Positions 6,992 through 13,998 of a DNA stretch of 64,000 bases are shown here, piece by piece. Within the stretch, counting starts at the first letter, position 1. Each line of letters starts with the position of its first letter. The notes under the pieces are model-generated. The model was given only the letters and a program-made list of their open reading frames with translations. It was not told where the DNA came from and made no database searches. The stretch spans positions 1 to 64,000 of IMG/VR virus record IMGVR_UViG_3300027708_000012; one strand, given 5' to 3'. A program made the position numbers and the translations under genes.

Positions 6992-7177
6992 ATGTCAGAT
7001 AAACTATATGCATTCTGCGACGCAGTCGTAGCATTCGTAGGATTTTTCCTAGTGTACGGAGTGTCAGGTACAATTGACACAGCCCCAGACAGCCAACTCT
7101 TGCCATTGTGCGGTATTGCACTCTGCGGATTGGCCCTGTTCTTTGCAGGCGTTAACGGCTTGACAACCCGCCGCTAA
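6992..7177 (+). CDS. small membrane protein (2 predicted TM segments)
   Basis: Two hydrophobic stretches; SD AAGGAGCGA. Confidence 0.75.
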   Translation: MSDKLYAFCDAVVAFVGFFLVYGVSGTIDTAPDSQLLPLCGIALCGLALFFAGVNGLTTRR

Positions 7178-7188
7178 GACAGTATAAT
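7160..7188 (+). promoter_or_regulatory. sigma70-type early promoter
   Basis: TTGACA(7160-7165)-N17-TATAAT(7183-7188). Confidence 0.9.
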
Positions 7189-7220
7189 TACTACTTCAAC
7201 AACACAATAGGAGCGACACT

Positions 7221-7541
7221 ATGGTAACAGCAAATCAGATTCAAGCAGGTTTTGTGCTAGCCCACTTGGCAGGCGTTGAGATGTATCAAAAGATTGGCGA
7301 GCGTGATGCATGCGGTTTTGGTTGGGTGGATGTGTACGTGGACCGTACCAACAGCAAGCAGGCCAAAGAGCTGATTGCAGCTGGCTTCCGCAAGGACTAC
7401 AAACCCAAGTGCTTGAGCTATTGGGATCCAGCAAAGATTCCAACTCAGTCAGTATCAGTCAAAGAAGCTGGCGCAGAGGCTCTGGCCACTTACTTGCAAA
7501 GCCTGGGCTTGAAGGCTTATGCAGGCTCGAGATTAGACTAA
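7221..7541 (+). CDS. conserved phage hypothetical protein (CGFGWV motif)
   Basis: SD AGGAGCGA; 106 aa. Confidence 0.8.
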   Translation: MVTANQIQAGFVLAHLAGVEMYQKIGERDACGFGWVDVYVDRTNSKQAKELIAAGFRKDYKPKCLSYWDPAKIPTQSVSVKEAGAEALATYLQSLGLKAYAGSRLD

Positions 7542-7550
7542 CCAAAAGAC

Positions 7551-7579
7551 ATGACAGGATGGCAACATCCTGTTATAAT
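7551..7579 (+). promoter_or_regulatory. sigma70-type promoter with spacer palindrome
   Basis: ATGACA(7551-7556)-N17-TATAAT(7574-7579) with TG-n; ACAGGATG-GCAA-CATCCTGT spans the spacer. Confidence 0.8.
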
Positions 7580-7609
7580 GTAAATATTAATTAACCAAAG
7601 GAGCGACGA

Positions 7610-8491
7610 ATGGCGAAAGTAGTTACATCAAAGATGCTGATGGCCCTGCAATCTGAAGTCACAACCAAGAGCTTGGAAGTGGAGTCAGTCAAGAAAGATT
7701 TGAGTAAAGAGACAGACGCTGAGATCATGGATCGTATGCGTGATCGTTTTGAGATCCTCGATGACATGACCCGTGCGGTTAAGAGCGGCAAAGTCCGTGC
7801 TATGATTGTCACAGGCCCTCCAGGTGTTGGCAAGAGCTTTGGTGTAGAGAAAGTACTGTCAAAGCATGATGTCTTCGCTGACGTGGCTAACGATCAGAAG
7901 CTGAAGAAGTATGAAGTGGTCAAGGGCGCAATGAGCGCATTGGGCTTGTACAGTAAGCTCTACCACTACAAGGATGCTAAGAACATTCTAGTGTTTGATG
8001 ACTGTGACTCAGTACTGTTAGATGACTTGAGCTTGAACATTCTCAAAGCGGCACTGGACACATCCAGTAAGCGTATGATCCATTGGAACACTGACTCACA
8101 TCTATTGCGTCGTGAAGGCGTGCCAGATAGCTTTGAGTTCAAAGGTGGTGCTATCTTCATTACCAACATCAAGTTTGATCACGTTAAGAGCAAGAAGCTG
8201 CGTGACCACTTGGAAGCCCTGGAGAGCCGTTGCCACTACTTGGATCTCACTATTGATACTGAGCGCGAGAAGCTCTTGCGTATTGAGCAAGTGGTAGCTG
8301 AGTGCGGCATGTTGGACAAGTATGAGTTTGAAGACTACCAGAAGATGGAAGTGGTAGACTTTGTTAAGGCCAATGTGCCACGCCTACGTGAGCTGAGCCT
8401 GCGTACAGTCCTTAAGGTAGCAGACTTGAAGCACGGCTTCCCGGACAAGTGGAAGGCAGTAGCAGAGGTAACGTGTATGCGCAACAGGTAA
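7610..8491 (+). CDS. AAA+ ATPase
   Basis: Walker A GPPGVGKS, Walker B ILVFDD, sensor FITN, Arg finger SRC. Confidence 0.9.
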   Translation: MAKVVTSKMLMALQSEVTTKSLEVESVKKDLSKETDAEIMDRMRDRFEILDDMTRAVKSGKVRAMIVTGPPGVGKSFGVEKVLSKHDVFADVANDQKLKKYEVVKGAMSALGLYSKLYHYKDAKNILVFDDCDSVLLDDLSLNILKAALDTSSKRMIHWNTDSHLLRREGVPDSFEFKGGAIFITNIKFDHVKSKKLRDHLEALESRCHYLDLTIDTEREKLLRIEQVVAECGMLDKYEFEDYQKMEVVDFVKANVPRLRELSLRTVLKVADLKHGFPDKWKAVAEVTCMRNR

Positions 8492-8661
8492 GCTGTGCGC
8501 CACAGTACAGTAAGCAGCAGCATAGCTGTAGGCTGTACAGGACATGCCCAACGATTCGCTCCCGGCAAGTGTGTCCATGAAAAGGTCTTGTAAGCCCGAA
8601 TCGCTCCCGGCAAGACCTTTTGTATCCCCAGACTGATTAAATTCTTTCTGGGGATTTTTTT
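8492..8661 (+). ncRNA. candidate structured sRNA with two anti-Shine-Dalgarno loops (UCGCUCC)
   Basis: Hairpins 8492-8506, 8505-8538, 8540-8576 and 8580-8621; 18-nt direct repeat CGAWTCGCTCCCGGCAAG (8552-8569, 8597-8614) held in unrelated outer stems; terminator follows. Confidence 0.55.
8624..8661 (+). terminator. intrinsic terminator closing the early region
   Basis: ATCCCCAGA(8624-8632)...TCTGGGGAT(8647-8655) followed by a T-run. Confidence 0.8.
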
Positions 8662-8737
8662 CTTTTTGATATCGGTGGGGGACATATAAAATAATCATCG
8701 AGAGGGTGGGGGCACCCAGGCATGAATTTTATAAAAC

Positions 8738-8755
8738 TGTTGCTATAGCGCAACA
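8738..8755. promoter_or_regulatory. third TGTTG-N8-CAACA palindrome
   Basis: TGTTG-CTATAGCG-CAACA; no consensus promoter at the 9-nt spacing here. Confidence 0.4.
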
Positions 8756-8868
8756 GCGCATGGGTACCGAAGTATTTTCACCCCTCTTTTTCTACAAGTA
8801 CTTCTTTATATTTTTTTTCGAGCAAGAAATTCTTGAGACGCAGGACCCTTTCGGGTAAATAATAGTAT

Positions 8869-9573
8869 ATGAAAACCTGTACCAAATGTTGCCAATCCAA
8901 GCCCTTTGATGCGTTCTACGTTAAAGGCACCAATCCCCGCACTGGGCATACTCAATACCTTAGCCAATGCAGAGCGTGTACACTTGCTGCTTATGTGCCA
9001 AAAACACCCAAACCCAAACCTCCACCCCGTACTGAAAAAACTTGCCGTGTGTGTGCTGCCACTAAAAATCTGTCTGAATTCTACAATCACACGTTGACTT
9101 GTAGAGCATGTATCAGCGATAAGAATCGTGCCAATCGTGTGTGTAAACCCACACCTCCATTAAAGAACACACCAAGAGCCATGTACATGCGTGAACGTCG
9201 CCGTTCTAACCCTTTGGCCAAGTTGCGTGCCAATGTAGGTACACTTATAGCCAATGTATTAAGTAATCAAGGATATAAGAAAACTACAAAATCTGCCAGT
9301 ATACTAGGATGTTCTTTTGATGAGTTCTCTGCTCATATTGAAAGTCAGTTCTTGCACGGTATGTCATGGTCCAACCGTGCGCTTTGGCACATTGATCACA
9401 TAGTACCTGTTAAGCTAGCCCGTAACGAACCGGAACTGTTATTGCTCAATCACTACTCTAATCTTCGTCCATTATGGAAAGAACTCAATCAAACCAAAGC
9501 TAGCACACTAACACAAGACAGCTTGAATCATCCGCTATATAAACAAATCTTGGAAAACAGAATCTCAGGTTGA
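8869..9573 (+). CDS. HNH endonuclease with N-terminal CxxC zinc-finger repeats
   Basis: Four CxxC pairs; WHIDHIVP...NHYSNLRPLW...N..K motif. Confidence 0.85.
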   Translation: MKTCTKCCQSKPFDAFYVKGTNPRTGHTQYLSQCRACTLAAYVPKTPKPKPPPRTEKTCRVCAATKNLSEFYNHTLTCRACISDKNRANRVCKPTPPLKNTPRAMYMRERRRSNPLAKLRANVGTLIANVLSNQGYKKTTKSASILGCSFDEFSAHIESQFLHGMSWSNRALWHIDHIVPVKLARNEPELLLLNHYSNLRPLWKELNQTKASTLTQDSLNHPLYKQILENRISG

Positions 9574-9707
9574 ATTTTTTTGCGCAGGTATTTTTTTTAC
9601 CCTGCAGAACCCATTCTCAACAGTGACAGCATTAACTGGCAGTTTAATCAGGGTGGGAAAATTTTTCCGCTGGGCTTCGCCGAAAAATCTGCTTTCCGCT
9701 TCGCGAA

Positions 9708-9914
9708 TCACATCTGCTTGAACCTAGCACCCGAGTTGGCCCAGGAACCACTTGCGGGACCGGCACCTATGCTGTAGCCAATGTTGTCCTTGAGTTTGCG
9801 ATTGTGCTTGCGAGTGCGGGGTTTTTCCAATAATCGTTGATCTTGGCTTCGTTCAGAGCCAGCACCCATGTGTGCGTTGCCCACGTAGTTTTCAGTAATT
9901 TCTTTAATTCGCAT
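9708..9914 (-). CDS. small putative internal head protein
   Basis: MRIKEITE N-terminus; CTAAATA late box 5 nt upstream. Confidence 0.6.
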   Translation of the reverse strand: MRIKEITENYVGNAHMGAGSERSQDQRLLEKPRTRKHNRKLKDNIGYSIGAGPASGSWANSGARFKQM

Positions 9915-9955
9915 TGTTTATTTAGTGACGATAAATAAATCATAGAGGATCAATA

Positions 9956-10936
9956 ATGACTAACTTGGCACAACAAATACGCGAACTAAGCGATCGACTG
10001 GTAGCAATCAACGAACGTGGGGAAGACTTGGATGTTCAACACAATGAACCGCCATTAAAGATAGGTGATGTAGATCCACGCAACGGACAGAAGATTCTCA
10101 GTGCTGCTACTGATGGTTCGGGCAATGTGATTCGCAGTCGCTTTGGTGATATTTACAATGTCAAATACGGTCCAGCAGATGCTCCAGCACCCACGCCAAC
10201 TCCGAGCCCAGCACCAGAGCCAACGCCCGCACCTGGTCCTAGTCCAGAACCTACGCCTGCTCCGGTTCCCGATGTTATTGCTCCTATGCCCACTCCTGAC
10301 CCAGCGCCCGTGAACCCTACTGAGCCATGCGGTCCTGAACTCAAAGCCAAACTTAGACTCATGCCTTCTTTTAACAAGGCCTATGCTGCGGCCAAACAGG
10401 GCGGATGTAGTGATTTTGAATGGTGCCAGATCATTGATGTTCCAAATATTGCACCCATGCCATCCAAGCCAGCTGACAAGAAAGTAGACTGGCTCGGACA
10501 AGCTGATCCCTTAGGTGGTACTATGGCTAATCCAATGGGTTTTGGTGCCAACAGTAACTTTGGCGCAGAAAGTCTTGACGATCGAGCTGCTCTACTGGAA
10601 AATGAAGAATTGAATCGTTGGAGAAAGATTGCTGGACTAAAAGAAGCTGAAAGTAAAACAGGAAGTCCTGCGCCCGCAGCTGGCGGTGATTTGCCAGAAA
10701 TCAAAGCGGCCAGTAAGAGTGCTGCTATTGCTCAAGCTCGTAAGAAAGGCATCAAACGCTTTCGCTGGTGTAGCATGTACAAGGTCACAGATGCCAAGAA
10801 GAAACCGCCAAACATTGCACCAATGCCATCCAAGCCAGCTGACAAGAAAGTAGACTGGCTCGGACAGCAAACACCCTTAGGTGGTACAATGGATAATCCA
10901 ATGAGCTTTGCGCCTAACAGTAACTTTGGTGCTTGA
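9956..10936 (+). CDS. putative internal head protein with duplicated module
   Basis: ATAAATA box and SD GAGGA; Pro-rich linker; 42-aa internal repeat. Confidence 0.8.
   Translation: MTNLAQQIRELSDRLVAINERGEDLDVQHNEPPLKIGDVDPRNGQKILSAATDGSGNVIRSRFGDIYNVKYGPADAPAPTPTPSPAPEPTPAPGPSPEPTPAPVPDVIAPMPTPDPAPVNPTEPCGPELKAKLRLMPSFNKAYAAAKQGGCSDFEWCQIIDVPNIAPMPSKPADKKVDWLGQADPLGGTMANPMGFGANSNFGAESLDDRAALLENEELNRWRKIAGLKEAESKTGSPAPAAGGDLPEIKAASKSAAIAQARKKGIKRFRWCSMYKVTDAKKKPPNIAPMPSKPADKKVDWLGQQTPLGGTMDNPMSFAPNSNFGA
10442..10933 (+). repeat. 126-bp intragenic direct repeat (10442-10567 and 10808-10933)
   Basis: PNIAPMPSKPADKKVDWLGQ..PLGGTM.NPM.F..NSNFGA occurs twice. Confidence 0.95.
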
Positions 10937-11380
10937 TTATTCTTTAAAGTAGTATTCGTAGTTAACAGTGTCTTTGTTAGTCTTACGAATCTTAGCGCCA
11001 TTTTTCAAATGAAAACGTTCGGCCATTTGAGTTTGAGGACTTAGGGTAACTATACCTGTTAGTGTTTCAAACTCTGATTTTAGCCAGTTTGCCGCTTGTT
11101 GTAGTAAACTTGCTCCGGCTCCTGGACTATAACTCCAAATAGTATAGAACACAGCCACATTGTGGTCTTTGCTCATACTAACTAGATCTTCTTCAGATTC
11201 AGGAACATCGGCTAACCATTGCATACAAGTGGCCGCTAGCACTTCATCACCTCGGCGTAGTATTAGTATTTCACTGTTGTTGGAAATACGTTGTTCAAGA
11301 GGAATGTGAGGACGAACTGGATCGTCCTTCATCAAGTGAGTTAACGGGTCGTTAATATCTCGTATGCGGTAAAGTTCCAT
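10937..11380 (-). CDS. GNAT-fold protein resembling the malonyl-CoA decarboxylase catalytic domain
   Basis: AVFYTIWSYSPGAGASLL...LKSEFETLTGIVTLSP; A..FHLKNG resembles GNAT motif B. Confidence 0.5.
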   Translation of the reverse strand: MELYRIRDINDPLTHLMKDDPVRPHIPLEQRISNNSEILILRRGDEVLAATCMQWLADVPESEEDLVSMSKDHNVAVFYTIWSYSPGAGASLLQQAANWLKSEFETLTGIVTLSPQTQMAERFHLKNGAKIRKTNKDTVNYEYYFKE

Positions 11381-11444
11381 GATTTCCTGGTAGTTATTAT
11401 ATGTGTACTTATCTCATTGTTAAAAAAATAGCATTACACGAAGA

Positions 11445-12923
11445 TTACAAGTCGTCACTTGGCAAGTTATTCAACAGTTCTCTAAGTTTGCTTGACTCTA
11501 CATTGGCCTTAACCTTGGGCTTGGCTAGGTCAAATCCTTCTTTAGGGCTTGCACGTTCCCAACCGGTATCTTCTGTAGTTACAGTCTGTCGTTGTTTAAT
11601 ACTGTTTAGTAAAGTAGATCCTGCACTTTGACTGTTATGATTTCCATAACCATCTTCCTCACTTAGATCACTAATGCGTAGTGTGTCCACATTAAAATCC
11701 AAATCAATCTTCATACCAACACCGCTCGAGCTACGTGTTTTCATTAACTGGATTTGATAACGTCCACGCTCACGCATTGCACGACTTGTAAAGATACCAA
11801 ACACATTATCTGCTGTCTGAATCTTACTAAGTCCACCCGAGATATGACTGTGATCAAACTCAACTTCTTCAACAGCACCTCGATTCAACTGTGCCGCTGT
11901 AACAAACACACAGTTCTTTTCCACCGCCAAATTACGCAGTTCTTCACTCACATACTTGTCTTTGACAAACAAGTTTTCAGCACTAATACGCTTGCTCAAA
12001 GGTAGTAGCAAGTCCATGTAGTCAACTAACAGTACGTCAATCTTACGTCCCATTTTGATTTCATACTCTTTCATATAAGCACGAATATCGTTTGCTGTCT
12101 TACCACTTGGCATATACTTGACTTGGAACTGGCCAGACTTCTTGCCAATCATTTTAACTTTCATTTCAACATCATCGATGCTCTTGAAAATCTCTCTTGT
12201 AGGTATTCCAGTTACCATTGCATCCACACGCAAGCTAACTAATTCTTCACTCAACTCTAGTGTGAGATACAATACATTGTGACCAGCAAGGGCATAGTTA
12301 ACACCAAGGTTAGCCAAAAACAAGCTCTTACCAGCACCAGAGCCGCCAGCCCAGATATTAAGCTCACCGCGATTAAATCCTCCATACAACTTATCATCAA
12401 TGCTTTTCCAGCCTGTAGATATTTGTCCATTTTTATCCTTGATCTTCATAAGACGTGCTCTAGGATCAGCAAAGTAATCTGTGCCCATGTCACGTTGTAG
12501 TCCTACTTGTACTGCTTGTTTAATCTTTTCTTCCACCGGACCATACTCGCCTTTTTCCAACAAGTCCGCCGATTCTAAGATTGCTCGCTCAAGTCCTTTG
12601 TGACGAGTAAACGTTTCAAAGTCGTTGAGTAGCCATTCAAAATGTTCTTCACGCAAATCTGTGGCGGCTTTTAAATTTGATCCTGTGGCCGCATTAATAA
12701 TATCTGGCGTGGGCAATACATTATTTTCGCTTACATATTTGGTTAAAAACTCCGCGGAATCCTGTAGTCTGCGATCAAATAGTTTACTATCAAAAATACT
12801 TTGACAGCGTACAAATGTACCAGCATCTGCCAACATCATCTCTAAATAGACACGCTGAATATCGTAGCCATAGTCTACGTTTTGTCTTGCTTTATCTTTC
12901 TTGTTATCGTTATAATCACTCAT
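11445..12923 (-). CDS. gp41: replicative DNA helicase (DnaB/T4 gp41 family)
   Basis: Walker A GGSGAGKS, TLELSE, VDYMDL, TAAQLNR, QLMKTR motifs. Confidence 0.95.
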   Translation of the reverse strand: MSDYNDNKKDKARQNVDYGYDIQRVYLEMMLADAGTFVRCQSIFDSKLFDRRLQDSAEFLTKYVSENNVLPTPDIINAATGSNLKAATDLREEHFEWLLNDFETFTRHKGLERAILESADLLEKGEYGPVEEKIKQAVQVGLQRDMGTDYFADPRARLMKIKDKNGQISTGWKSIDDKLYGGFNRGELNIWAGGSGAGKSLFLANLGVNYALAGHNVLYLTLELSEELVSLRVDAMVTGIPTREIFKSIDDVEMKVKMIGKKSGQFQVKYMPSGKTANDIRAYMKEYEIKMGRKIDVLLVDYMDLLLPLSKRISAENLFVKDKYVSEELRNLAVEKNCVFVTAAQLNRGAVEEVEFDHSHISGGLSKIQTADNVFGIFTSRAMRERGRYQIQLMKTRSSSGVGMKIDLDFNVDTLRISDLSEEDGYGNHNSQSAGSTLLNSIKQRQTVTTEDTGWERASPKEGFDLAKPKVKANVESSKLRELLNNLPSDDL

Positions 12924-12928
12924 ACGCT

Positions 12929-12957
12929 ATTATACTCTCTTTATACATTAATTGCAA
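12929..12957 (-). promoter_or_regulatory. sigma70-type promoter for helicase
   Basis: TTGCAA-N17-TATAAT on the - strand. Confidence 0.6.
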
Positions 12958-13888
12958 TGTGTTTGACAAGATCCCACTTATAATCCCATACTCTCTGTTT
13001 GGTATGATATAATACCGCTCCAATGCTACTACTAGGATCTCCTGGGTTAGGTAAACTCCATCGATATTTAAATTTAGATTCAACTACGTTTTTGTTGGCT
13101 TGACTATTCATAGCACAACCTCCCATGTAGACTAGACAGTCGGCGTTGGTTAGTTGTTTAGCTTTGAGCATGATACCAGATACTTGCTCCTCAAACACTA
13201 GTTGTACTGCGGCCGCCAGGTCACATTGTTCCTGTAAGGTAGTTAATTCATTAAGGTTCCAATTAAGGACTCCCTGATGAAAATTAGTATTACAGCGCAA
13301 TTCACCTGCATCAAAGTAACTTCTAACATACTGTAAAAATTTGTAAGGATCGCCTTGCTCTGCCATTTTTTGTAATAAGTATTCATCCTTGATAGGAGTC
13401 AAGCCAACAAATTGTGTAAAGGCACTATAAAATAATCCTAGACTATGTGGATAACTTCTGCTCCACACTTTCTTCATTTCACCGTGTAGCCCTTGCCATA
13501 TGGTAGCACATTCAAATTCTCCGATCGCATCGAGCACAACAATCGCACAATGATTAAACGGGCTTGTATAATAGCCAGCGGCAGCGTGACTACTATGATG
13601 AGGAGTATAAGAAACTTTTGCATATTTAAATTGTTTAAGATGACGTTTTGGTAGTGTAGACATATCAAACGCTGTACGATATTGTCCAGCATACAATTGT
13701 CTTGCTTTTTTAATCCACGGACGTTCGTACCAAAAAATACGATCCGGACTTCCATAGTTTAATGCTGGCACAGTTTGCGAACTATCTAGTTCGTCGTACT
13801 TGCTAATAGTCTGTGATACTAGTTTACCCTCTTTGAATACAGCAAGACTTGAGCCGTGATTAAGAGCATTTATCCCCCAGTGTATCAT
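12941..13888 (-). CDS. carbamoyltransferase, N-terminal (Kae1-like) domain only
   Basis: HHSSHAAAGYY, VLDAIGE, SLGLFYS, GGCAMNSQAN, PGDPSSSIGA; 315 aa with no C-terminal YrdC-like domain. Confidence 0.85.
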   Translation of the reverse strand: MIHWGINALNHGSSLAVFKEGKLVSQTISKYDELDSSQTVPALNYGSPDRIFWYERPWIKKARQLYAGQYRTAFDMSTLPKRHLKQFKYAKVSYTPHHSSHAAAGYYTSPFNHCAIVVLDAIGEFECATIWQGLHGEMKKVWSRSYPHSLGLFYSAFTQFVGLTPIKDEYLLQKMAEQGDPYKFLQYVRSYFDAGELRCNTNFHQGVLNWNLNELTTLQEQCDLAAAVQLVFEEQVSGIMLKAKQLTNADCLVYMGGCAMNSQANKNVVESKFKYRWSLPNPGDPSSSIGAVLYHTKQRVWDYKWDLVKHIAINV

Positions 13889-13998
13889 TTGTAGATAAAT
13901 GGATCGCGTTTACGTAGTTCTTCTAGACGCTTTTTCCATGCCTTACGTTCTTTATACCATTTGATAGGATTTTGTAAAAAATTCCAAAATTCATACAT
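13885..13998 (-). CDS. small basic hypothetical protein (37 aa, ...KRLEELRKRDPFIYK)
   Basis: Manual translation; fills the gap and overlaps both neighbours. Confidence 0.6.
   Translation of the reverse strand: MYEFWNFLQNPIKWYKERKAWKKRLEELRKRDPFIYK

Noticed and set aside
8544-8636. 30-codon + strand ORF (MPNDSLPASVSMKRSCKPESLPARPFVSPD) over the hairpins
   Set aside because: AGGA is only 1 nt from the ATG. The repeat is identical at third codon positions and sits in loops of base-paired stems, which favours an RNA function. It is retained as the alternative hypothesis because the 45-nt repeat spacing is in frame.
8335-8698. - strand ORFs 8335-8685 and 8384-8698
   Set aside because: Antisense to the ATPase and terminator, with no RBS or promoter and no recognisable motifs.
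9580-9777. + strand 65-aa ORF
   Set aside because: Starts in a T-run without an SD, overlaps the better supported - strand ORF, and spans motif-rich non-coding DNA.
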